A DNA stretch of 63,581 nucleotides, filler included, from Choristocarpus tenellus KU-1152 (Eukaryota > Protista > Phaeophyceae): the NCBI GenBank assembly GCA_964200185.2. It is 8 parts of 8 records of this genome, joined end to end, with 100 filler letters (N's around TTAATTAATTAA, not from the genome) between each part and the next. Parts side by side here need not be neighbours in the genome. Positions count along the whole stretch, not along the records: positions 35,189 to 45,134 come from CAXNAD020003256.1; positions 45,235 to 60,935 come from CAXNAD020000946.1; 6 more parts are not named here. One strand, written 5' to 3'. Position numbers and translations under genes: made by a program. Position 1 is the stretch's first letter. Every line of letters begins with the position of its first letter. This document shows, one piece after another, positions 39,733 to 51,800 of this stretch. The notes beneath the pieces were generated by a model. The model did no database searches, was not told where the DNA came from, and worked only from the letters and a program-made list of their open reading frames with translations.

Positions 39733-41079
39733 TTACCCAAAGGACGTAAAATCCTGCAATTCTTCCAGTTCCTCCCCAGGACGTATTCTGTCCAATTCAG
39801 CACATTCCCTTAGCTTGGATAAACTGGACTGGAAGAGAGTATTTGTTTTGCGTGTACTGAGGCAGAGTATGGAAGCACACTGTGCAATAGTGTACACCGG
39901 GGCCCCGTCCAACCCAAACACCATGCGTACTAAGGTTGCCTCCCTTGCCGTGAGAACCTTTCTGATCATCTTGGTCAAGTCCATATCAACTGTAGCGGGA
40001 AAAACCTCATTGTCAAACATTTCCCCAGAGGGTATCGTGTCGCTGTAGCTCTGCCCATCAGGGAGTGAACTTTCAAGACTGAAGGCCTGCTGCATTGCTA
40101 ATACTGCTAACCTGCGCCTCTCTCGAACCTTCTCTGATGAGGGATCGTCACCTAGCTCGTGGGCCTCGCTGAAGTATTCCACAAGCTCCTCTTGAGTTGG
40201 CGTCCGACCCAGATCCTCGTTCAGCTCTCGCTTGGCGGCGTAGACCTCCTTCATTGCCGATTCCGGAATTCGAAGGCATAGGCTTCCACCAGCCACGGCA
40301 GAGTCTAGAGTGTGCCGCACCACCCACATGGCGTAGGTAATGAAGCGGTTGTTCATAGAAGGGTCAAATCGGTCAGCGGCGACGCTTAAAGCATACACTC
40401 CCTCCTGAACGAGATCCTTGACTGTAAGCGATCCCCCACCCGTCAGGCGCCATGAAAACCGATCCTTGATCATTTTATACACAAAAGGCATGTTGCGTTC
40501 CATGAGTGCCTTCTTAGCCAGTGCACCCTCCTCCAGGGTTCTACGCATGTCACTCTCAGTGATACCGACCTCTTGGAGGCACTCCGACAGCTGCACCTTA
40601 CATTGGCTCGCCACTTTATCACGGACCTTCATTAGTTTCGATGCCCTCTTTATCTTGAAGATTAACTCACGCTCCTCCTCCTTCGATATTATCTTCAAAC
40701 GTCCACCACTTGGAACGGCGTCGACTATTTTCTGCTCTCCACCTGATGTAAAGGATCGCTTGCGACCTCCAGACATAAGATCCACAGAAGAAACCTTCTC
40801 ATTCATCCTCGGTTTTGATGTCCAACTAGATTTCACAGCAGAAACCATTAATGCAATTCCTCTTCGGCCTGGACCACATCTCAAGCGTTGCCTATAGGAT
40901 GATTGGGGCAATAACTGCATTGAGGTGGATCTCCCAGACAAAACCCTGGCTGCTAGCGAGGTTTGCAAACTTTGGAGCCCTCCCACAGGAGAGTGGAATG
41001 CTGTCACAAGTGCCGAGCCAGCTAAGCACGCAGCTCCCATTGCCCTCTTCATGTCGAGTCTTCGTTCATGAGATGTCAT
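39733..41079 (-). CDS. Nuclear-encoded, plastid-targeted sigma-70 family RNA polymerase sigma factor (divergent), 448 aa; the start may be the second Met at 41052
   Basis: Presequence MKRAMGAACLAGSALVTA-F plus a Ser/Arg-rich transit peptide. Region 1.2-like ISKEEEREL; region 2 DLVQEG...AADRFDP...RFITYAMW; LRIP; region 3 LGRTPTQEEL and FSLE; region 4.1 LTAREATLVRMVFGLDG. Confidence 0.93.
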   Translation of the reverse strand: MTSHERRLDMKRAMGAACLAGSALVTAFHSPVGGLQSLQTSLAARVLSGRSTSMQLLPQSSYRQRLRCGPGRRGIALMVSAVKSSWTSKPRMNEKVSSVDLMSGGRKRSFTSGGEQKIVDAVPSGGRLKIISKEEERELIFKIKRASKLMKVRDKVASQCKVQLSECLQEVGITESDMRRTLEEGALAKKALMERNMPFVYKMIKDRFSWRLTGGGSLTVKDLVQEGVYALSVAADRFDPSMNNRFITYAMWVVRHTLDSAVAGGSLCLRIPESAMKEVYAAKRELNEDLGRTPTQEELVEYFSEAHELGDDPSSEKVRERRRLAVLAMQQAFSLESSLPDGQSYSDTIPSGEMFDNEVFPATVDMDLTKMIRKVLTAREATLVRMVFGLDGAPVYTIAQCASILCLSTRKTNTLFQSSLSKLRECAELDRIRPGEELEELQDFTSFG

Positions 41080-41763
41080 GGTTCTTGAGAATGTGAGTCA
41101 AGGGAAGAAATATAATGAAAAGTGATCTTGTTAGCATTATGTTGAAAGGTGATGCGAGTCAGGAAACTTAGAGCTTTATATTTATGCGTTCTTCATTTTC
41201 AGGTTACCTTCCTTGGGTGGGGAAGTGCAACGAAATACTTCAAAGCCACAGTAGTCCTCTATGTATTTGTTGTGTTCTGTCTCTCCACCACAGTCCTCCA
41301 AAGCCAATATCGACAAACTGGTGAAAGCAAAGGACTGTGATGACAACGCCACCACAAAACCCAAGCACAGCAGTGGTTACGTCCTCTGTTACTGAGTTTG
41401 TGGAGTCAGTGTTATATGATGAGTTCAAGGGGTGCAACCTTGGATGTGGTTGTTGGGATATAAAAACACACGTCACCTCTGTTGGTAACGAGGAAGATGA
41501 CAAGATAACTTATTCTTTTTTATGTTGTTGATGCAATGACGAATGGTATGTCGAGTCAGCACACACAACATACCTATTCTGTGTGTTCTTATTTTATTAA
41601 TGCCTCAAATTAACCTTTACCCATAAAACACCCGACCGGTATGTTGAACGTTTCGCAGGATGAGGAAAACATTTCGGTCGGTACTCGAAGGAAATGCAAT
41701 CAATCTGAAATGGAGAGAAATGGAAAGGAGACCTTTTTTGTGCGAGATGAGACTGATGCAAGG

Positions 41764-44266
41764 ATGATTCGATCAAGACTCAGCCTCATGGCGCACCTCT
41801 TGAGGCCGTGGACCTTGGTTTTGTTGGTTTTCTATGCTTGCTGGGCAGTGGGAGAGTTATCTAGCTTCTCGCGAATTGGTTTTCGTCAATCATGCATGCC
41901 TTGTTGGAGGGGCAGACATCGGAGTTGCCGAAGACGATTGTCGCCAACACCATGCCGGGAGTCTGATTCCCTGCCTGACGGACCCGGATGGAGTCAGCAG
42001 GAAATGTGGCAACAAGAACTACGGAGGCAGCGATCTATGGAGTACGTCTCAATGCCCATAAGGAGATTCACTGGGCACCCGAGAGAGCAGGTGCAGTAAA
42101 TCTGTCTTGCCACACTGTCCAGTGTTGCAATCACCTGGCATAGTTTTGAATGTTATTCCCAGTGTTACAAAGGAAAGGTTTGGGGTTAAGGTTCAACTTG
42201 AAATACGAGAATATTTGTGCTGCATAGTTCACGTCTACTTTGAGATGTGGAGTTTTGACTTCATGCAGTTTTGCAGCCCTCATTCTGTTTCTCCAGCATA
42301 ATCTCATCCGGCTTGTCCCCTCTCAAAAACTTTCTCGTTGAACCAGCTCATGGTCGCTTTGACCTTCCCAGCCGTGAACCAGACCTTATGTTTCGCTCTG
42401 GACACCTTATCGCGGGAGACAATCGTGACCCTCTCCTCAGCAAGAGCTTTGCTTGGCTTTCCTGCAGCAGAGCCGCAGCAATATGGGATGGGTGTTCAGC
42501 TTCCGGCCGCCAGATTAGGTGCACCGGATGGTGACCATTTTTTCGTGGTGCTGAATGCTATTGTCGCTAGTCGAGAGCAGGCAAGATAGATGACCATTTG
42601 TCGAGTTCCACGGATGCGACTAAGATTCAGCATTATGAGATCGAGTTCGAGCTACAGAGTGATCATGTGACGGCGCACTCTCTTTAGTCGCATATTCGAA
42701 TGCACTCGGTGAATGCCACGCGGTAGTCAAATACTATTTCTAAGGAGCATACTAGAGGTGGCTGTTCTTGAGACTCGAATTTTCTACCCCGTCTCGACTC
42801 CACACCGTAAGCGTGCAGGTAAGAACGCTTGGGCCGAATACAGGTGGTGTCCTGGGCCTGGATTTCTTAAAACAATATGACCTCGATATCAACTTTGCCA
42901 AGGAGGAGGCTAGGTTCTACGCATCGGGTGCTGTTGACCAGGCTTTGATTGACACGTCTGGGTTGGAAGCCCTATCTTGTAGCTATCTTCCCGGGGGAAA
43001 GATGGGTATAAAGATGGAGCTCAATGGGTGAGAATCTTTCGCTAATAATCCTGCAGCCCACTCTAGCCTGAGGTGCAATTCTCTCAAATGTATTTCAAAT
43101 ATCGGGGGAGGAAAGGCAACAAGGTTGTCCCAGGTGATAGATGACGAGAACCTGCCACTTTCGTTTTAGGAGGGGGGGCGGGAGAGTACAGGTATTGCAA
43201 CCAACCCCACGAAAGAATTTGTGTTGTACTGTATGTCTCTGTGCCATGTCGAGCATCTTATTGCCTTTGATCCTGCTTTCACTTGGGTCTTTTCTTTCCG
43301 ATTGTACACCTGATGACAGCTGAGAAAGGCCGAGAACTGAGGTGTACTATGTGTCATTCATCCCTCCTTAATTCTTGTGGCTTCTCTGTCCTCCAACTGC
43401 TGTAATGCAGGGGTGGGCGTTTCACTGGTGTGCTGGACGTAAAGTCCAACAGCAGTGCGGGTAACTGGGCGGCTGCAAGAGACCTGGATGTAACATCACT
43501 GGTTCAGGGCCACCCAAGCAGCTATCCCCCTGAAACTGGAAGAACACGACCACTGTTTAGAGCACACTTTGACACGGTAGGATGTAAGGAAGTTTGAAGG
43601 GGTGAAGCCATGAAGTGTATGGAGCGTAGTTGGTTGTGGGGGGGTGAGGCGGAGGGGTGCTTGCAAGTCAACATCAGTCGGTGTGATAAACACAGGGACT
43701 ATAGCACTACAACAAAGGAATGTGGAGAGGGGCAAAGTACAAGGGAGGTCTCTGTCATTGTGAATGTATTCTTTAGTTTTGGAAGGTGTTTGTACTCTCT
43801 TAATTCTATCCGACTCAGCTTAGAGAGCTGCTGTATGATTCTTTCATTTGCTGTGTATGTCCTCTTGGCATCATTATATGAGACATCTTGACTGCAGTTT
43901 CCCCTAATGCTCTCCTTGTTGTACAGGGAGGCCTCTCCTAGTACCAATTTTCATGCTTTAACAACAGACCCCCATCAAACCCCTCTGTAAATATGGTAGA
44001 TCCAGCTGGGGCATGTACTGCTGGCGTCTGTGGTTGATGCACCAAGCCCAGAGGAGGGCCTGTTGACCATCTACATTGGCCACCTATCAGAGTTTGAGTG
44101 GCTTGCTGAAGATATATCAGGCAGATCAGTGAGCTCGGGTCGGCAACTGGCGTTGGTTGGGCTAGATCTGGTGGGGGGATCGCGGATGGTGCTGTCGTGC
44201 AAGTCCGAACGACTTTTCTTCAAACCGAGGGATTTGAATGATTTTTGGGCAAACCAGATTGCCTGA
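41764..44266 (+). CDS. Two-domain retropepsin-like (aspartyl protease fold) protein, probably plastid-targeted; exons 41764-42090, 42347-42580, 42819-43027, 43411-43576, 44000-44266; start could be 41641, 41764 or 41788
   Basis: Phase-consistent model with one GC-AG intron. Domain 1 is FALDTLSRETIVTLSSARALLG...GVLGLDFLKQYDLDINF. Domain 2 is FTGVLDVKSNSSAGNWAAARDL...ALVGLDLVGGSRMVL. The hydrophobic leader WTLVLLVFYACWAVGELSS-F is followed by an Arg/Ser-rich stretch. Confidence 0.75.
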
Positions 44267-45722
44267 GTCTGTTCTATATCCTCATCACCACTCTGGAATG
44301 GTGAAGGTGCCAACCACCCTGAAGACAGGATCTAGGGTATGGGAGGAGAGCGAATGCTATCTTAGAGTTCAACATCTTCCAGGCTGGTTTGTTCATATTG
44401 TTAGTTGTTGGGTTTGGTAGAGAGCAGTGATGCAATAGATGAAAAAAGTAATATGGTTGAGATATAGTTTCGTGGTAGTTTTGGGGAGTGGACGTTGTAG
44501 GGCTATTGGCTTATTCCTGTACCCGTACATTTATAGTAGATCTCAACTATGAGATAAAGCAATACATACAGGAATTAATGTAAAGGTTTGAGGTGTGTGG
44601 TGGTGGAATTTTCATGTTGTTTCTGTAGCGTAACAGGCTGCAAGGAGTGGTTTAGGGTTGGGGCTATGCCATTGGAGGATTCCTCTCATCATGCTTCATT
44701 CTATGGGTTGTATTTGTGATGTTTATTGATAAGTGTGTGTCATGCTTTTGGGGCCTCAATTGTCTGGGTTTTGCTCTGGTAATCAGCCATAGCACTGCAG
44801 ATCAGCGTGGAAGTGAGTCACCGTGTGCTCTTGCCTTGCTGGGCAGGGGAAAGGTTTGGGCAATTTGAGGTAGACCAAAGTTGTATAAAGAGCAGGGCAA
44901 AACATCATTTGTGTTCATATTGAGAGGCTGGGGCACTATTCTTGCTTGAGATGACTGGTAGCTTTACTGTTTATTCTTTCCTAGGTATGCTGTGGTGGGG
45001 AAGGAGAAATTGGGGAAATGCAAGTAAGTGGCATCAATACTGGGTCAAAGTGTCTCGGAGGGGGGGGGGTGCCGGCGTCCGTTTTTCACCCTTTTTTCGA
45101 TTTTCACTTTTTTGGTGTGATTTGGTCGCACGTGNNNNNNNNNNNNNNNNNNNNNNNNNNNNNNNNNNNNNNNNNNNNTTAATTAATTAANNNNNNNNNN
45201 NNNNNNNNNNNNNNNNNNNNNNNNNNNNNNNNNNTGTGTATGTGCGACAGGTAGACATGCGCACCACCTTTCCTATTACACCTCCAGCATTGCTTTATGG
45301 AATCAAAAGTCCTCTTGAAGTATTGATGGTGGTGGACCTCAACAGACACCATGAAGTATACAAACATAGAGCGTGCAAGTTCTCCCCAACATGTCACAGA
45401 TCAATGCAAGGCTTCATGTATGCTGACAGGTTTCTAACTCAAAATCCAAGATGGTTTTGACACGCACACTGAACGATGATGAATTTATTACCTATTACAC
45501 CACCATCACTGAAATTTGAGAGTAGAATACTACCATTTTCATTCACAGCGGACAATGAGTTCAAGACGCATTGAGAGGTGTGTAGATAAGACGGAAAGTA
45601 CAGAATAAAACAGTTCATAAACTAACAATAAATTACTCCTCCAACTCATATGACGGCTAGCTACAAGTTTGATGGTTCGGATGAGGCTTTGACTCTTGTA
45701 CATATTCAATCAGATTTTAAAA

Positions 45723-45758
<36 letters not shown>

Positions 45759-46080
45759 GCTCCCACTCAGCAGATAAAACGTTTGTCCCCCTATCATTAG
45801 CCCACTCTCCTCATATATCTCTCGATTGACTTCTTCACAAGCCAACTGTGAGCACCATCCACTCCAACATCATGACCAGTGGTAGATCACAACCTGGTCC
45901 CCCACTCATTCCTCCTTAGAGGTGATGTCTGCAACCTCAAAAACACCAGCACTTCCTGCGCAGACTCTGCCCTTTCAAACCAAAGCTACACCGTGAAGCA
46001 AGCGTCCAATAACACCAGAACACCAAGCCCCAAAACCTTTATACATCCCAAAAAACAACACCATGAAGTCAGCCACCCAA

Positions 46081-48764
46081 TCAACCGCCAGAATCATCAA
46101 CCGACATGAAAGGAGCTATACGTTGATGAATGTTAACCGCCTCAGAGAGACGGAAAATCAGTCCATTAGGAAGACTATACTCTTTACGTAGCTCCATTAG
46201 CAACTTTGTACGGTCCTCCAAAGTCACTGTTGTTGGATCAGAATTTGCAGGGTATGATCCCCTTATGTATCCGAGTACCTTCTCCAAAAAAATTGGAAGC
46301 TTGGGCTGCACATAACCCTTGGGGGGTAGTAGAAGCAGGAAACAGAGGAGGATGGTGTGTCAACATGGATATGACCAACAACTCTTGAATCATTCCAAGC
46401 TTCTGAGTGGTTACATAGAGAAGATTCGACGGTGGGGACGTTTTGGCTTGGCATCAGCCTGTCGGAAAAATCTGAACATACAAATGATACCCAATAATAA
46501 AGGGGCTGTTGGAGGCCCAGCAAGAAAATATGGATCAGATTTTAAGTAGCACATCTTAACAGTATCATTATTATTCCAATCTTACTGTCCAACCTACCAA
46601 ACTGCCTGAACATTTTCAACCCCTTTTACACTTATTAACACAAAGAGAGGTGAAACTTCAACTCTGGAGTTGTACCAAAGTTGTTGTGCTGATTCTTGAC
46701 CCTCATGAAACACAGCACAAGACCAAACAAACACTCGCAAGTTGTAGGATTGACATAAATAAAATCAACACAGTAGTACTTAGTTGTAGTCCAACCATGA
46801 GGTGAACACCAGGTTAGTACAGCACAGTACACACTTATATGAGAGTCTCAGCAGTAGGTTATACCTCTACCAGACAAGTCAATAAATATACTACAAATCG
46901 GAGATACAGCATGGATCTCAGATGGAGTATGAATACCAAAATATATTTTTACAAAAATACAGTGACAATTGAGTTGAGAACGAATACATCAGCTACAGCA
47001 AATGCTGCACTTGAGCACTGAGAAATATTTTAATTAACAGTAGAGTATTCACACCTACCTCCACAAGCATCAAGACCATTCCTACACTCCCCCAATTGGG
47101 CCGTACAAGTCAACCTGAGATATCTCATTTTAGGGCCATATTTGTATATTCTATATAAAACTCCTTGATGCTTTCATTTCTAACATTACAAACAAACAAA
47201 AAAATGATACTTTCAAAACATCGCATCAAAATTCCTTGATGTTGAAAATAACTTTCAAATCACAGATTTGAATTTTCGATTTTCATACATCCATATCAAT
47301 GGCTATGCAATTTTAAAACATTTCAGATTTAAGAAAAAAATGAGCACTTGAAATCAATGCATAGTACAACATACTATTACTAGTACTAAAAAGCTACCCC
47401 AAACAAGGTAAAACACAAAAAGAGTAATACAAAAATAAAAAAACAAGTACCTCCAAGCTCAAGAAAACAACACACACAGTCCCCCCCCACCTTTGCATTG
47501 TCAAGGCGCTCACCCACCCCCAACCTTCTTGTAGTTCACCTGGCACTCTTCAACGGTGAGGGAGCAAAGCCTTGGGCACCCGGTCAATATGGATGCACAG
47601 ATCTGCTCCTTAGCGCCACAGTCCACAACAGTCAGACTACGAATGCATCCGAGAACAGGGATAATAGGCTGGGAAGGTGGAAACGTCATGGGATGCAGCC
47701 ATGGAAAATAAAGATTAGCATGAAGGAATAATCACATTGCCATCACTAAACCAGTGCACCGGTAACCCTAACCCCAATCCTAACCCTAACCTTAAAATTA
47801 ACCCTAAACCTAACGCTAAACCTTCCCAACCAACCAAGTACAGCAACATAAGCAAACACGTGCACGGCGACCTTAACCCTGGCACTTAGATAGAGGCCAG
47901 CGAGGACTTGACAAAGACACAACAGTGACAATGTGCCCAATTGAGAAGTGTTGAGGCTAGGTGTATCACCATCCACAGTCACGCTTCAAGATGATAAAAT
48001 CGGTCAAATTCACCGTGAACATCACAAGCAAAAGCACCTCACATCATCTGTCACCACTTCACATCTACTACAATCTACAAATGCAATCTGTAAGGTATAC
48101 ACCCTACATTGGTCCCACAAAATGACCCAATCACAACCCTGGTTGAGTGTTCAAACCAACCCACAAAGAGTACACTATGCATGGGGATATCTTGGCAAAT
48201 CAGTGGAGATGGGAAAAGAGAGTTCACCAAAATCGAAATATTTAGACTGCAATTGGCCTAGGCCTAGCAATGGGACTCAGCATCGACCGCCCCCATAAGC
48301 TCGCAACGAATCCTTGTGTGTTTAATAGGCCATGGTTCTTGGCAACAGAAACCTCCAGGCAGCCAGGCAACTATACCAGCGGATATATTTCATATCAGAG
48401 TGGGCACAGTACAAGCATACATCAGGATCACTTCAAAGGACTGCCGGAAAACTTGAAATCAGCTTGATAGCTAGTCTCACATTCACTAACCTTCCACAAG
48501 TGCACATTTGAATTAACAAAAAAAATTCAATGTTTTTTTTCGCGGCCTCACCTCAAACTGCAAATATTCACGAAAATTCAGCCCCACCAAGGTTAGGGAC
48601 TTGAGTTTAGGGCAGGATTCCAGGGCATAGCGCACACCAACAGCAGTAATTTTCGACTGCAATGAAGGTCAGAGTAGAAGAACACACCAAGTTGACAAAT
48701 AGGTTATAACGTGGATAGGATTGATATTGACCTTGAACAGTTTAAGGGTCATGCTCAGGATGAT

Positions 48765-48805
<41 letters not shown>

Positions 48806-51800
48806 AAGCAGGTACAAAAGGGAATGGGAGTGGACAACACACTAACACACTGGGTCTCTACACAGGCAGGCGTGTTCAGCAATAAGGAATAATGCTATGG
48901 GAGCATGTTCAGAGGTCTGCCCTTCATGTGATTGATCGAAGAAGGAGGCTAGAGCAATGTGTGCAAGCGACTACCTCTTAACAAACAAAAAATAAGAAAA
49001 AAAATAGGCAAAGATATGGCAAGATTTCAATTTCAGATGACCATATCGACTGGAACAGATCGAATCCCACCAACGCCATAGCAGTACAACAGTAGCATCT
49101 TATTGAGAAAAAAGAAAAATCAATCAAAAACGCTCAGTTAAAAAACAAACAAACTCGCATCGCATGAGTCCATCCGCGTCAAGATGACTACTTGTGGTCG
49201 TCTAAGTGAGATACTCATTAAACACAAAAATAGCTGAGGAGGGCATAGAAGACATGAGACAAAACCTAACCCTAACCTTAACGCTTAAGCAACATTTTCA
49301 ACCAATAGCATTGTAGTGCAGCAGTCACATTCAGCAAATTGAATATTCACAATTATTAGAATCGCTATGGCAGGGCCAATCGGTGGAGTTCTAATTGACA
49401 CCAATCTACGGAACCAAAAACCTATTCCCCTGCTCCCACTCAAGCATCTCATCCCATGTTACATATATATATATATACATACATACATACATATATACAT
49501 ACATACATACATACGGTAAACTCTATCCCAAACGCCTCCATATGCAGTCCCACCTTAGCTTTGATTGCGCCAACAGTGATCACAAGTCAACAAGGAGAAC
49601 ACCGCATCACCAACCCTAAGTTTTAAACATCTGTATCAGTCTACCACTTAAAAACAAAAATCAAGACTTCACGCTGAACACACGTTGCCAACACAACTCT
49701 GCTACCCTTACCCCCCACACACGGTGGAAAATCAATAGCATCACCTTGTAAAACAGTGACAAAGCTTCCAGGTTCAGACACCCCACATCAGCAAACGCCC
49801 TCATCCCTTGATCAGAGGGATATGGATCCGAGGTAAATCTGTAATAGGATTCATCCATTCTTGACAACACAAAACACACACACAGGGAACAAGGTTGAGC
49901 AAGGAGAAGAGTCAGCAACACGTCAGTCAACACAGCAGTCGACACATCAATCAACACATCAGTTAACACAACAGTCAATACAATAGCCGACACATCAATC
50001 AACATATCTGTCAACACAACAGCCAATACAATAGCCGACACATCATTCAACATACCTGTAAACACAACAGTCAATACAACAGCCGACACATCTTACACTT
50101 CACACCAATTCATTGCAAAGCCAAAGGTTGGAAAAGGCTCTGGTCAACCAAAACAATCACAAAGCCAAGCAGGCTGTTTGATACGTGTACGTAGTAGGCA
50201 GGGGCTATATCGCCTTAATCAATCTTGTGTCGGGGTAAGGCCAGAACACTGCGCTAATTGGGGTACAACATAGCCCACAAAAAAAGAAAAAGAAATATTT
50301 GAGAGATAAAGACACCAACTGGAGAGTTTGGATGATAAGCTTTGGGAGGAGAGTGTCAAACATGACTGATCACCACCTTTCAGAAAGAGGCGTACGGATT
50401 GATCAAGGAAAATTCTTTGTGGACTTCTGCTGATCAAAAAAACAACAAAATAAAGTGGTAGTGGAAAGGGCTCCGTGGCATCACAACTTATACTGCTAAC
50501 GGTACAGTGACATAATTTGATGGATAACGCCAACTAATTTCTCGCAAAGCCGTAATGTATCGTGGATAAAAAGTACCCCCAACAACCAACACCGCTGTTC
50601 GAAGAATGAAGAAAAAGATGTTTCTCTTAAAAAAAAAAACTTATCATAAGGAAAAAATAAATAAATAGATATTTAAGATATCCACCTGGCGCTTCCAATG
50701 CCCTCAGCCTAGTGTCTGACGTGAACAGCATCATCCACCAGATAAGATTGCCTTCCAACTATTATAAAACTTCTTTTTTTCAAATCCTCCAATATCTGTC
50801 TGCAGCTTACAAAACATTACATACAAGAGTAGAACACAAAAAAGTTGTGGTTGCCGGGCTCTCAACACCAAAAGGGCGGGCAATGCTCTAGGACAGACAC
50901 TACACACACACACACACACACTACAATTCACTTGCAACTTGCAAGGTAAAGCTTATAGGAGGGGGGGAAGGTAATTACCCAGCCCATCCAATTATTTACT
51001 CAGAAATCGGTGCTTGATTTAAGGGCCTTCTCTCAGGCAAGTCTAGAACCAATCCAGGAAATTCTCAATCTACACCAACCATAGCCTCCCGACTGTAATG
51101 CAGGACATTGATGAGTGTAATGTAGGACATTGACGAGGACGAACAAAAAAAAAAAAAGAACAAAAGGAAGGGCGAAAGGACGAGGCTTTAACTAGGCAAC
51201 AAAGGAGCAAGTTTTTAACAATATACCGGCAGAAAAAAAAAAAAAAAAAGCTCAACAAGATAATACACTCACTCACCCTTGGGAACTTGGGAAGGGTCGA
51301 GCCAGTTATTGATGGGATGGGACCCCAGAGGACATGGTACAAAACACAGCATCTACTCCCTGCATACATCAATATCCATATTGAATCACCCCCTGCACAT
51401 GGCACTGAGATAATCAGATCTGCTACGCAGTACCCCCTACCCCCTCTGTACAGATTTTTTTTTCTTAAATCTTGTCTTTGCTCTCTCCCTCTATTCATCC
51501 CACTCATCCATCCATGGTTTGCAAACCCACCAATGCCATAAACGTTTTACCAAACCTGACCTCCTTTGTCTGACCTCCTTTGTCTGTCTGCTGACTGTTG
51601 ATATTTCAGCTGTGCTTATTGCGTCTGACATGGACAGGTAATGTGTTTGCTCACCTTCCCGTGATGTGGAGGCTCTGCAGCTGCCTGCACCCCTCTAGAA
51701 GCACCTTGAGACCCTTGTTTGAAGTGTAGATGTCAATCGCCAAATGTCTCACACCTTCAGCAGTCAGCACAGAAAAAAAGAAGAAATAAAATAATAACCC

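Noticed and set aside
39733-41079. Bacterial contamination as the source of the sigma factor
   Set aside because: It has a bipartite plastid presequence and shares a contig with a spliced gene and the host MITE family.
21280-44266. A four-gene plastid cluster (psbU, LTO1, sigma, protease)
   Set aside because: Three artificial spacers separate the two pairs. Only the within-contig pairs are demonstrably linked.
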